NCBI GenBank assembly: GCA_964252075.1 | Contig: CAXULY010000020.1 | Coordinates: 1 to 64,000 of the forward strand | Source of the DNA: an uncultured Deinococcaceae bacterium | GTDB taxonomy: Bacteria; Deinococcota; Deinococci; Deinococcales; Deinococcaceae | DNA: 64,000 nucleotides | Direction of reading: 5' to 3' | Shown: positions 1 through 10,855 of the stretch, piece by piece | Numbering within the stretch: the stretch's first letter is position 1 | How the letters are laid out: each line of letters starts with the position of its first letter | Translations under genes and position numbers: made by a program | The notes under the pieces: model-generated | Told to the model about the DNA's origin: nothing | The model's input: the letters and a program-made list of their open reading frames with translations, nothing else | Databases searched by the model: none

Positions 1-92
1 CAGGATGAGGAGGCGGTGGGGGTGGCGCCCTTGGGCGAGCAGGCGGCGAGCAGCAGTGCCAGTGTGAGCACGAGAAACTGACGTTTCTTCAT
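1..92 (-). CDS. Lipoprotein, N-terminus (runs off window)
   Basis: Reverse strand reads MKKRQFLVLTLALLLAACSPKGATPTASSS: basic N-region, hydrophobic core, LAAC lipobox. TACACT lies 7 nt upstream of the ATG. Confidence 0.8.
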   Translation of the reverse strand, partial: MKKRQFLVLTLALLLAACSPKGATPTASSS

Positions 93-2114
93 TTAGCTCA
101 GTGTATACACACGTGAACAGGTGGAGTGATGCAGAGGAGCGGTGGATGTTGCAGTGACACCTCAGTACCGCTGGCAAGGCGGTGATCCAGGCCGCTGTGA
201 AGCAGAGGCCGCCCGGATTCCCGTTTCCCTTCATGACATGAAGTGGTCGGGTTCAACAACGACACGGTCGGGGCCGCGTGCTAAAGTACTTGATGAGCCT
301 CTGCCCCGATGATGACGGGCGGGGTGCGCCCAATTCCCCGACCTCAGCCGGTTGGTGTCGACGGGCTGACCCCTAGGCGCACTCGGGCACCGCCGCGTCG
401 CCATTTGATCAACGCGTGCGGTTGCGTCCCTTCACGACCGCACGCCTGCCTCTGGTGTCGCCAGATCATGGAGGGTCCAGTGATCCGGCCTTGCCGATCC
501 GCGTTTCCTTTTTCAGGGTGCATTGAGACAAGGGCCAGTGAACGGGTGCCGCCCGTCCACGTGACGCCCCACCGGGCAGCTTCGGCGACATCGAGGATGG
601 TGCACGCACAGGAAGCGGCGTGGGGACACGGACGGGCAGCCGCGCGTGGGGTCGGCCGGCCGCATCGAGGCGTCGATGTGCTCGTCAGCCACCACTTCGG
701 TGCTCTGGACGGTGCAGTCACAAGGGGCACGGCGAGTGAGCGGTCGTCCCTGTCGTCCTGTCCACCCCCGCTCTTCGGGTTGCCGCCAATGATGAGCGCG
801 AGCAGGCCTGCGTAGGAATCCGACGGCCGGCTCCTGCGCGCCGGGGAGTGCGTCACGCTGGTGGTGAGGACGTCTGCCAGCGCGCACGATGGGTGCGTCA
901 CATGGCGCCCACCGCGAGGCGCCGGCCTTCCGGGGCGCCGCCTCCGCCCGCCACGCCACCGCGCCCGCATTTTCCGGCAGCGGTACCTCCGGATGGAACG
1001 CCTGCTGTGCGGGACCCGGTCGCGCGCACTCCGCGAGGCGCACCACCGCCCCCACCTCCTCGCGCGTCAACTCCGGCGCGTTCAGAACCATGCGGCGGAT
1101 CCGCACCGCCCGGCGAGGCAGGGGAGAGGGCGAACCGTCCGGACGGGAGAGTGAGAAGGCGAAGGCGATATTCGTCATGCCCAGGACAGCACCCCTTGCT
1201 CACGCGGAGGTGAGGACGCTCCCAGCGACAGCAGCGCGGCCCAGCATCTTGAAAGGGAGGTCGGCCACAGTGGCCGACCTCCCTCACGGGCGACGCGTGG
1301 TGCCCCAGCCCTGCACCTGGTTCCGATGTTGCACACCGCATCGAACGTCAGGTGATTCATCAGCGGCGGTTCAGCTCGGTGAACTCCATCTGCAGCGCCT
1401 CGAATGACAAGCCACCAAGGGCCGCACCGGAACGCCTGCGGAACAACCCCAGGTCGTTCGCCGAACTGGACGGCAGCTGCTCGTCCCGCGGCAGTTCCTG
1501 GTCCAAGCCAACCACGACGGACAGGGGCGACGGTGCGGTCAACGAAGAGAAGGTGTCTGCTCATGCCCACCTCTGCGTTGCCACGCGCCGTTCGGGTCGG
1601 TATCAGTCATGCCAAACACGCACGGTTGTTGGTGACGCGACGAGCGATCCGCACGCCCATCAAAAAATGTGGAGGCGCGCATGTCCCCCAGATCAGGATG
1701 GCGAGGACCCTGCGCCTCCGCACTCGAGATCAGTTCATCACGAGTCGACCCCACGTGATCCTCGTCGTACTCCTGCGGGGGTGACCGCCTGCCCTACACC
1801 ACCCGCCCTTCCGCGCAGCCGGAGTGCCGCTCTTTGGAAGTCGGCCGCCGTGACCTCCTCTTTTCGCAGCACCCGCACCGTCGCCACGTCCCCTGCCAGG
1901 ACGCCGCCCGCCGCGAAACGTGTGCCTGCCGCACCGGACAACAGCACGTGGACACAGGGCCGCCTTGACCTTCGGCCCGAGCGCCCCGCGGCCCAGGGCA
2001 ATCCACGCGTCCACCCCACCCGCGATGCTGACCGCCACCTTCCACAACTCCACCCCACGGTCCGCAGCCTCGGGATCACCTCGTCGTGCAGGGCGCACCT
2101 CAAGTGGGCCACGT

Positions 2115-2149
2115 AAAAAAAAATGCGGGGCGCGCGGTGTGCGCCCCGC
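2115..2149 (-). terminator. Rho-independent terminator
   Basis: 9-bp GC stem (2125-2133/2141-2149) followed on the minus strand by A and a T9 run; lies downstream of the ssb remnant. Confidence 0.75.
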
Positions 2150-2360
2150 CCATCATGTCCGCGTTCCCTCACCATCCCGACCCGTGCAGCGTCACCTCCA
2201 CCGCACCCTCTGTCTGGTCCTTCGCGCGGGCCTTTTCGCCCACCACCTCGCCCGCCGCTGACCGCCCGCACGCGCAGGTTACGACCTGCTTCCTCTCGTT
2301 CATGCCGTTCCCTGCCCGAACCCCCGCGCGTCATGCGCGGGGGTGTCGTTGCTCCTTTGT

Positions 2361-3141
2361 TCAGAACGGCAGGTCGTCCAATTCAGGCGGGAAGTTCTGC
2401 AGACCCTGATGGGTGTCCAGCCCACCCGGCCGCGCGGGCGCCACCGCTCGCTTCGCACTTCCAGCAGTGACCGGTGCTCGCTTCGGGGCGCCCTGACTTT
2501 CCCGGGTCGCCTGCCCTTCTGGATGCGCGAGGAGCTGCACCACACCCGCCTCCACCTTCAATGTCGAGCGCTTCTCGTCGTCCTGATCCACCCACGACGC
2601 GTTCGCGACCGAACCGCGCCCCCACCCGGCGTCCTTTTGCGCAGGTCCACATGCACCTCAGCCAGGTCGCGCCAGAGTGTCACATCCGCAAAGGACGAGC
2701 TGTACCTTCCTCTGCGCTGCGCCACTGCGGGCGGTGTACGACCCGCTCACCGGCAGGTGCAACGTCAACACCGCGTTCCCACTCGGCGAGGACCGTAACT
2801 CCGCGTCGCGCATCACGTTTTCCCGGCGATCGTCACGTCCGCGACGCCGCCCTGCATGCGCAACCCACTGCCCGCATCGCGCGTCACAGCGAAGCCAATC
2901 TCGAGTGCCTCCACCCGCAGGACCTTCAGGCCCACCTTGCTGCGCTTCCCGATCTCGCCTGTCCAGGGCGCATTCTGGCAGCACCCATCGTCTGCCAAGA
3001 GCCCACGCTCCGCCAGGAACGCCGCGTCACGCCATCGCGCTCATCGCCCAGCGTCAGGCTGATCTGCGGCGCGCCGTGATGCTCCACGGACGTGAGCTCC
3101 GGGTCACGCACCAGCGCCGCCATGTTCAGCATCTTCGTCAT
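2361..3141 (-). pseudogene. ssb: Deinococcus-type double-OB-fold single-stranded DNA-binding protein, frameshifted
   Basis: Fragments in several frames: AALVRDPEL (OB1); GKRSKVGLKVLRVE...DAGSGLRMQGG (OB1 end and linker); NVMRDAELRSSPSGNAVLTL (OB2); DQDDEKRSTLKVEA; acidic tail GGLDTHQGLQNFPPELDDLPF. Confidence 0.9.
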
Positions 3142-3397
3142 CCTTGATCCCGCCTTCCTGTTCATCTCAGTCTGGCCTACCCGGATCCGCGAACACTCAT
3201 GTCCGCCCTGCACCCTCCGCGGCGTGCGTACAGGGGTCCACTCCTTCCCCGCACCGCCGCACCCAAAGACGCTTCGCTCGCTCACCCGCTCGTACACAAA
3301 CCTGCAAACCCACATACCGCTGAACCGTCAGTCCCCCTCCCGCACCACCACCCAGGGACCGGCGAAACACACTGAATCCTCGGGCCATAAGAACCAG

Positions 3398-3577
3398 ATC
3401 GAACAATTTCCAAAATCAGGAGTTGCGAACATCGAACAATTGCGAGAACCAGCACCAACCGGATTTCGAAGAATTTCGAGAGTCACGATTTGAATACCTG
3501 TTTTTCCGCTTTCCGGACCACGCCGGATTTCAAAGAATCTCGAGGATGACGCGCGCGGGCAATCGAACAGTTTCGAG
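3398..3577. repeat. Array of five degenerate 16-bp repeats (WTCGAASAATTTCGAG) with ~33-bp period; iteron/origin-like
   Basis: Copies at 3398 atcgaacaatttccaa, 3431 atcgaacaattgcgag, 3465 ttcgaagaatttcgag, 3529 ttcaaagaatctcgag and 3562 atcgaacagtttcgag, in a locally AT-richer intergenic region. Confidence 0.7.
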
Positions 3578-3686
3578 TTCCGCCACCAGGCTCTGGCCTG
3601 ACCCTCGTCCGGTCGGTGTAGCCCCTTGCAACTCGCTCGATACACAAAGGCCAGGTCATGACGCCCGACCACGCCTGCATTCAGCG

Positions 3687-4948
3687 TCAGATTCTGTCGA
3701 ACCAACGGGTGGTCAGCGCGTCCACTTTTGCTTCGCGCCGTAAGCGATTCGCGCGCGTCTGAGAAGGTGTGCCCCACACGATGTCCTGGTACTCCCGCGC
3801 CCGAAACGACCGCACTTTCGCAGCACGGTATCGATCGAATACGCACCCGAGTCGTACTCAATCGCGATGACTTCTCCGTCCGGTTGCGTCCACTCCGCGT
3901 CCGGGATTTCCACCATGAACGCCCCCCTGGATTCCACCGTCCAGGCACGCGTCCGCACGCCCAACTGGTGACGGATCTCAGCGGTTCCGGCGAGGTGCGC
4001 GAGGAAACCTGCTTCACGACCCGCGAGGGGCTTGCGGGCCAGATAGAAGCGCGTGTGCTGTTCGGAATTGGGGTTGTTGTAGATGGGCGACACCAGGTCC
4101 TCCACGAAGGGAACGCCCTGCACATCGTGCGGGCTCAGACCGTAGTGGCGACCGAGCTGCTCGCCACTCAACACCAGGTCGCACGCGAGCGCTTCGTGCG
4201 CCAACTGCACACGTTCCGGGCGCACGCGACTGAGGATGTCGCGCGTCAGATCCGGCAGGCCCGCACGGTCATGCGCGCTCGACATCCCAGTGGCAATGAG
4301 GGGTCCCTGAGAGTCCACGGGCGGCCCCCAGCGCTCGCCCATCATGGTGCCGTAGCTCAGTCGGTTCCCCCCTTTCGGGGTGGTGCGTGGTCGGTGCTGC
4401 ACGATGCGGAACAGCGCCTCGTTGCGCTCCTCGAACGACCGTCCACGCACGCCTTTGGGCGTCAGCAGCACCACCTTGCGCCGCTCGAACAGCAGCTGCC
4501 CGCGCAGGCCCTCGACGCTGCGTTTCATGCCGCTGGTGCTGTACCCGCCCGCCGTGAGGCGCGCCAGCACGTACGCTTCACCCTCGTCCGTCTGCACCAG
4601 GTGGTAGCGCTCCAGGCGGTCCACGTCCGAGGCCCGACCGCGGTGCGCGGGACGCAGCAACGTCCAGCCGAGATCGTCCAGACACAGCCGCAAATACAGG
4701 AGGTCGATGGCCTTGCTGGGACTCACAGTGGTGGCGTGCACGCCGAACGCCAGGACGTTTCCCGCGTGCCTCAGCAGCACCACGGGACCCATGTCGGTGG
4801 GGAGTTCGGTGAGCCACCCGGCGTCGATGAACCGCTCGTACCGACCAAGGTGTGCGGTGGCCTCAGTGGGCGTCCAGGCGCCCGCACGGAACAGCTGGCG
4901 GAACGCCACGAGGTCCTGATTGGATGGGGCATGTGCGCGTCCAGTCAT
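3687..4948 (-). pseudogene. Replication-relaxation (Replic_Relax)-like protein, probable frameshift near 3815
   Basis: C-terminal HLAG..EIR...EIPDAEW...IAIEYDSGAY motif. After VLRK an alternative frame continues VRSFRAREYQDIVWGTPSQTRANRL...RWFDRI* (stop 3687), which looks more family-like than the ORF's own tail. Confidence 0.6.
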
Positions 4949-5511
4949 GACGCCGCATCCCCCTGCACGTTCAGGATGGAGAGGCGAATCTCGAAGAGTT
5001 GATCGAGGTCTTCCTTCCCGGACAGCAGGTCATACAGGGTGGTGCGGGCGTCCTGGCGCTGCTGTCGAATCGCCACGCGGGACTGGCGCCTTGCCTCGTG
5101 CAGCCAGCGTGTCCAGCTGGCGTCGAGGCGCACGATTTCATCCTCGACGTCCACCGCTTTCGTGGTGTTGTTCTGCTGGATGATGGTGGCTTTGAGGGCC
5201 TCGCCGCCCAGCATGGGCAGGGCCTTCACGAGGCCTTGCGCGACGGCGCCAGGGTAGGCGCGCAGCACGCCCGTGAGGTCCCCGGGCGGGAGGTTCAAGA
5301 GCAGTTCTTTGAGGCTGCTGAACTGGCGGGCTTCGGGACTCTGGCTGTGTTCGCTTGTGGTGCGCGCGGGTGTTCTGGGCCTCACCGCCTTTCGCGCTTT
5401 GCTGGTCTTGGGAATGGGCATCTCGAGGCTCAATCCGATCGTGGTTTCGGATGGCGTGCGTTCCGTGGTGCGGGCGGTGTCGGCGTTCGGTGTAGGCGCA
5501 GGTTCTGTCAT
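4945..5511 (-). CDS. Hypothetical helical protein, translationally coupled to the Replic_Relax-like gene
   Basis: 188-aa ORF with protein-like composition; ATGA overlap with the downstream gene. Confidence 0.65.
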   Translation of the reverse strand: MTEPAPTPNADTARTTERTPSETTIGLSLEMPIPKTSKARKAVRPRTPARTTSEHSQSPEARQFSSLKELLLNLPPGDLTGVLRAYPGAVAQGLVKALPMLGGEALKATIIQQNNTTKAVDVEDEIVRLDASWTRWLHEARRQSRVAIRQQRQDARTTLYDLLSGKEDLDQLFEIRLSILNVQGDAAS

Positions 5512-6030
5512 GGTTGGACCTCACCATCACCATGCCTGCGCGTCACTGTTGGAGCCATAGTGCGCGCCGTCGACCCACCGTTTGCGGCACAAGCAGGCCG
5601 GAAACGGTCGGTGGGCTGACGGGCTTCCTCGGTACCGAAGATGGCTCTGAACGGATGGGTCGAACGTGTCTGCTGACGCCTCTCAAAGTCCGGTGGCGTG
5701 ATCACGGCGAGGACGTGCTGCGCACCATTGCCGTCTGGCATTGGCATCTCCGTTGACCCGTTCAATCAACCACGGTCCGCGCCTGGCACCGGATGTTCGT
5801 CGGGGGCATCGAAACGTCTGAACTGTGGGGATTGTGATCGCCCGAACGGGATGCCACGGGCTCCGCATCGCATACCAGCGTTGGAAGGCCATGCGCATCC
5901 TGCATGCGTTTTTTGGGTTCGGGTCCGTCCATTCGGCGACTCCGTCACCCAGATGGAGCGGCACATGCCAGCCGCTCCATGGCTGTTCAGGCGCCTTTCG
6001 GACCGGCGTCTTTCGGGCCGCACGCGCCAC
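5508..6030 (-). pseudogene. Degraded hypothetical gene
   Basis: Protein-like segments in ORFs 5683-6030 and 5508-5765 in different frames; the stop overlaps the start of 4945..5511. Confidence 0.35.
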
Positions 6031-6143
6031 GACCGGATGAACCCCTCTGGATCAGGGCGGTGAGCCGCCCGCCCTCCGGCGAGGAGCGTTCCGGACCCCA
6101 CCGGCGGCCCACGCGTCCATCCCCCAGGCACGGTCAGAGGACC

Positions 6144-6705
6144 ATGATGCCCAAGATCACCCGTCGCGCCGCGCACGACCGCCGCTGTCACCAGGAGCGC
6201 ACGAACCAGAGGGGCGGTAAGGCGCGGGGGGCGGCCTCGACCTTGAACCGCTGCGGGTGGTGGCATCGCGGGCCGTCTCCGGTGGGCCTCGTACACCCGC
6301 GCGCTGCTGAACGCCGCGGTGGCGGTGGCGCCCACCACCCTGCGCCTCACGGTGGTGGACCTCGTGCGTACAATCTGGGTGACGACGGGGAGCAGGCGCT
6401 GGACGCCGTGAGGCGCAGGCGCGACGCCCTGTGGGCGGCGGTCGCCCTGCTGATCGCCACCCCGAAGGACAACCACGGGTGCCCGGCGTGCTGAAAAATG
6501 CCCTGGACGGGGCGTCCATGGGCGCCCCCACCTCCGCATGGGGACCGCGCGGCCAGGCGCAGTTGTGAACCCGAACGCGCTGGTGCTCAGCCCGCCGGAG
6601 GTGCTCGTCGCCCGCGCCGTGGAGAAGGTCGATGCCCAGGGGCGGCTGACGGACGACGCGACGTGTGGTTTCGTGCGGGACCTGCTGGCAGCGCTGGAAC
6701 GCTAG
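6144..6705 (+). pseudogene. NADPH-dependent FMN reductase (ChrR/YieF-like) pseudogene
   Basis: Segments YNLGDDGE...ALLIATPKDNHG / PGVLKNALD / PEVLVARAVEKVDAQGRLTDDAT..FVRDLL, split across frames. Confidence 0.75.
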
Positions 6706-6961
6706 GCGGCGACCATCGGTCGCCGCGCACCCACGGGTGGTGAAGGGTCCTCCGGACCGCGCCGACGCCACCCGAGGGTGGGTTCGCCTATCTTGAGGTG
6801 CGTCAGACGGGGTCGGCACGCAACAATCCACGCGAGACGCGGGTCTGGGGAGGAGGCAGAAACTGGGAAGGGCGCGTTGGGCATCGATGGTCCGGAAGCT
6901 CCTGCCTCAGCGTGCAACTTGGGGCGCGCTGAGCCGCATGTCCTGAGTGGGACATTTGATG

Positions 6962-7221
6962 CATGGACGCTGTTACAGACCCTTGCGGTCGGCCCTGCCA
7001 CCGCCGACCAGCTCGCCGACCTACTCCCCATCGCCCGCCCCAGGGTTTCGCGACACCTCTGCGTCCTGCGCGAGGTGGGGCTGGTCGAGGTCCGCCAGGA
7101 CGCCCAGCGACAGGTCTACAGCCTGTGCCCTGAACCCCTCGCCGAAGTCCATGCCTGGCTCAGCCAGTCCCGGGCCTTGTGGGAACATCGGCTCGGCGCG
7201 CTGCACACCGAAGTGGACTGA
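6962..7221 (+). pseudogene. ArsR/SmtB family HTH regulator, N-terminally damaged
   Basis: LLQTLAVGPATADQLADLLPIARPRVSRHLCVLREVGLVEVRQDAQRQVYSL; the N-terminal ALADPTRR motif is missing. Confidence 0.75.
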
Positions 7222-7244
7222 GGGGAACGTGAACGGAGGAGCCA

Positions 7245-7745
7245 ATGAACCGCAAGCCAGCTGCCAGCCACCGCATCCTGGGCACCCTGTATGCCACCAA
7301 CGGCCAGGGCCTCGTGCGCCTGGAGGACCGCTTCAACACCGACATCCACGACCTGTGGTCGGCCCTGACCGAACCCCCACGGCTCTCCCGGTGGATCGCC
7401 GAAACCAAAGGCGCGATCTGCGTGTCGGCGGCGAGGTTCACAGTTCCTTCCTGGTCACCGGGTGGGAAGGCACGGGGCGGCTGGAGGTGTGAGCCCCCGG
7501 CGGTTGGTGATCCGGTCGTGGGAGCAGCCCGAGTCGACGGCGCAAGTCATCGAAGCCACACTGACCGCCCACGGCGCCCAGACGCTCCTGGTGATTGAGG
7601 AGCGCGGCTTGCCCATGGGGCAGTTCGCCGCGTATGGGGTGGCAAATTCACCTGGAAGACCTCGCCGGTAATCAACGTGGCGACCCTCGGGGGCGGTGGA
7701 CCGAGTTGTTTCCGGCGTATCGGCACCGGGCGCCTGGGGTGGGTC
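7245..7745 (+). pseudogene. SRPBCC/AHA1 domain protein pseudogene
   Basis: VRLEDRFNTDIHDLWSALTEPPRLSRW / DLRVGGE..GWEGTGRLEV* / PRRLVIRSW..TLLVIEERGLP / WQIHLEDL, with frameshifts and an internal stop. Confidence 0.8.
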
Positions 7746-8370
7746 TGCACATCAGCTTTCAGGCCAGCTCGCGCCTTTTGGGCTGTGGATGGTCGCAGGT
7801 CAAGGTTCGTGTGCCGATGCCGACCGTTGTCCTGGGAACCGCAGTGTCATGGAGGGAAGGAGGTCGAATATATACAATCGTGGTCTTCAGGCTGGCGTGC
7901 GTGAGCCGCGTTCTGATTCGCCTTTGATTTCACTGATCCTTTTCCCAGCTCGCGCTGAGGCATCAGCGGAGATAGGGTGGCTGAGGGACGTGCAGCGGTG
8001 GCTGGGCTGTGGTCAGCACGCTTCGTTCGCGAAAGCGGTCTCGACGCCTGGTGGGCTCATGGCCTTTCTCCTGCAGAAGCCCCAGTGAACGGTCCCACGC
8101 GCACTACCACGGTCCATCTCACCGTGACGGACTGCAGGTGTCCAACCGCAGAGCGGGAAACCTGAGCAATTCAATCCGTCCCGGTGGTGGCGTGCCACGA
8201 GGGCCTGCGTGACGGAGCTGAGGGTTCGCCTCAGCTGTGGCGGGGGCCTGCAGGTCGGGTTCAGTCCTGGACTCTTCTGACTCCCGTTGACTGATTGCGG
8301 TGAACGGCACCTTGGGGTGCCCTCGAGTCCGAAACCTCTCGAAGCTGCGGAGGCCGCGTATGCTGCTGGG

Positions 8371-9129
8371 ATGTCCGAGGATGGCGAGGCCCGGCTGCAC
8401 TTCGACCGCATCGCCCCCATGTATGCACGGCCCGACTACCCGCCCGAACTGTTCGAGCAGCTCGCGGCGTGGGGCATCGTGCTGGACGGGCGTCAGGTCC
8501 TGGAGCTCGGCCCAGGAAGTGGTCAGGCCACCAAAGCACTGCTGGCCCGCGGCGTCGCACACATTGACGCGGTGGAGCTGGGGTCCCGTCTGGCCCAGGA
8601 ACTCCGCGCGTGCCTCCCCGACGCCCGCCTGCACCTCTGCGTGGGGGACGCCCACGCCGTTCCCCTGCCCGAGCAGGCCTACGACCTCGGGGTGGCCGCC
8701 ACCTCGTTTCACTGGCTGGACGCCGCGCGCATGATGCCGCGCCTGGCCGCCGCGATCCGGCCTAGAGGGTGGCTGTGCGTCTGGTGGACCGAGTACGGGG
8801 ATGCCGACGTCATCACCCCGTTTCGCACCGGACTCAAGCGCATCGAGCAGCGCTACGGGCTGCACAAACCGGGACCGCCCGCTTCGCTGTCGGCGGATGA
8901 CCGGCTCTCAGAACTGATGCAGGGCGGCCTGTTCCATCACCCACACCACCAGGTGTTCAGGTGGTCGCTGCGGATGACGTCGGCTCAGGTGCACGGTCTG
9001 TTCAGCACCTTCTCCAACTTCGGCCCCCATCCCGATGCGCTGACGCAGATCGCGCAACTGGTGGATGACCTGGGCGGCACGGTCACCGAGCATTACGTGA
9101 CGGTCCTGTACGCGGTTCGGCGGGCTTGA
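8371..9129 (+). CDS. Class I SAM-dependent methyltransferase
   Basis: ARPDYPPELF, VLELGPGSGQAT (motif I), AATSFHW; leaderless TATGCT-N6-ATG. Confidence 0.9.
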   Translation: MSEDGEARLHFDRIAPMYARPDYPPELFEQLAAWGIVLDGRQVLELGPGSGQATKALLARGVAHIDAVELGSRLAQELRACLPDARLHLCVGDAHAVPLPEQAYDLGVAATSFHWLDAARMMPRLAAAIRPRGWLCVWWTEYGDADVITPFRTGLKRIEQRYGLHKPGPPASLSADDRLSELMQGGLFHHPHHQVFRWSLRMTSAQVHGLFSTFSNFGPHPDALTQIAQLVDDLGGTVTEHYVTVLYAVRRA

Positions 9130-9360
9130 TTCCGTACACTACCCCAGGGTCTACCTTATATATATTCTCCGCAGTCCGCCATGGTGGAGGGTGGTGGAAA
9201 CGCACCGCATCAGCCATCATCGCTGATGCCCTCGCGCTTACGGTGGTGGATCGGCACTCCTGAGCGGCGCACCACCGTCTTACATCAGGCGTTCCCAAAA
9301 GCAGTCCAGAATCGTCCTCACAGGAAGGCCGTCAAGGGCCTCCGCATTTATTTTGAGGGC

Positions 9361-9478
9361 TGATCGTCCCTGGCGTTTTTCAGATCCCGGCAGTGATCGT
9401 CGGTTTTCGCGTTTTTCAGACCTGCCCAATGGCGTCGGTTTATTGTCACTAAGTGCGATTAGTGACAATAAACCGACG
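9361..9478. repeat. Perfect 20-bp inverted repeat with 6-bp spacer, preceded by ~35-bp tandem direct repeats; candidate site-specific recombination site
   Basis: cgtcggtttattgtcactaa (9433-9452) gtgcga ttagtgacaataaaccgacg (9459-9478); tgatcgtc at 9361/9394; gcgtttttcaga at 9373/9409. Confidence 0.8.
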
Positions 9479-10094
9479 TGCATGTGACGCGTATGGAGTG
9501 CTGGCCTGGGCTTCCTGAGCGGCCTGACATCCTCGAAGTGGCCCAGCGCCCTTAGGACCACTTCGCCATACGTGGCTTCGGGGACAGGCCGTCCGTGCCG
9601 CGCAATGCATCGCCTGCAGACTGGGAAGGCACGCGCCACACGTGTTCCGGCCTGATCATTGGACCGCTCAGCCTGGACGGGGATGGTGCTGGTGGACACT
9701 TCAACCACGGCTTGGTGAAAGCCCGGTCCTGCCGCAAGCGCCTGGATGGCCGGAGACGGCGTTCGTTGCACGTCGCCCAGATCGAACGCTGGGGCTGCCC
9801 GCCGCCTCCGTGAACAGCAGACGCCATCGAGGCACGCCACCATCAAAACCCCCGTGCGCCACGGGAATGCACGGCCCTTGACACGGATCGTGTGCAGTCG
9901 TACGGTTCAGCTAGCCCCGTTGATGGCCGTCCGAAGACCGGTGCGTTGTGGACGGCCCTGTGCTTGACCAAACGCGTCCGGTGGGTGTGCCCAGGCGGCA
10001 CACCTGGTGTCGTTCTGGCTTCAGGTGGTTTCGCGCGATGGCTGGCCGACAACCATGGGCGTCGTGTTCCGTGGCGGTCAGCGCAGGAGGCGGC

Positions 10095-10847
10095 ATGGCG
10101 AACAGGATCGAGCGGCGGAACTTCCTCAAGGGCATCGGCCTCCTCGCGGTGGGGGTGGGGCTGAGCACCGTCGCACCCCCCGCGGGCGCACAGGCGCCGA
10201 CGCCACCGCCTCCCACCCCAGCGATGCCGGACATGGCGCCCGCCACGCCCGCGAACTCCCCGTACACCTACGTGTTCTTCAACGCCGCCGAGGTGGCCTT
10301 CGTCGAGGCGGCCGTGGCGCGCCTCATCCCGAAAGACGACCTCGGTCCGGGCGCGCTGGAAGCGGGCGTGCCGTACTACATCGACGGGCAGCTCGCGAGT
10401 TGGTACGGCGAGGCGGGCCGCTGGTACTGGCAGGGGCCGTGGCAGGCCGGCACGCCGCAGCAGGGCTACCAGCTGCCCCTGAAGCCCAGCGAGGTGTACC
10501 GCGCGGGCATCCCCGCAGTGAACGCGTACACCCAGAAGCAGTTCAAGGCGGACTTCGCGGACCTCACGCCCGCGCAGCAGGACTCCGTGCTGACCGGTCT
10601 GGAGAAGGGCGACGTGGACTTGGGTCGCGTGCCGGGCCGCACGTTCTTCGCGTTCCTGTTGCAGCACACCAAGGAGGGCTTCTTCGCGGATCCCACGTAC
10701 GGCGGCAACCAGGACATGGTCGGCTGGAAACTCATCGGGTACCCGGGCGTGCAGCCCAGCTACGCGCAGACCATCGACCAGTACGGCACGCCGTTCCAGG
10801 GCGCCGTCGCCAGCATCGCGTCCTACACGGACGAACACCCACGTTGA
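10095..10847 (+). CDS. Gluconate 2-dehydrogenase subunit 3 (gamma) family protein with Tat signal
   Basis: ERRNFLK twin-arginine motif; RLIPKDDLGPGALEAGVPYYIDGQL; EGFFADPTYGGNQDMVGWKLIGYPG; SD AGGAGG. Confidence 0.93.
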   Translation: MANRIERRNFLKGIGLLAVGVGLSTVAPPAGAQAPTPPPPTPAMPDMAPATPANSPYTYVFFNAAEVAFVEAAVARLIPKDDLGPGALEAGVPYYIDGQLASWYGEAGRWYWQGPWQAGTPQQGYQLPLKPSEVYRAGIPAVNAYTQKQFKADFADLTPAQQDSVLTGLEKGDVDLGRVPGRTFFAFLLQHTKEGFFADPTYGGNQDMVGWKLIGYPGVQPSYAQTIDQYGTPFQGAVASIASYTDEHPR

Positions 10848-10855
10848 GGCGCAGC

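Noticed and set aside
344..2100. Several protein-like minus-strand segments
   Set aside because: Probably frameshifted remnants, but no family is recognisable and boundaries cannot be supported.
3398..3577. Repeat array read as a CRISPR
   Set aside because: Repeats are 16 bp and degenerate, spacers are ~17 bp, and no cas genes are present.
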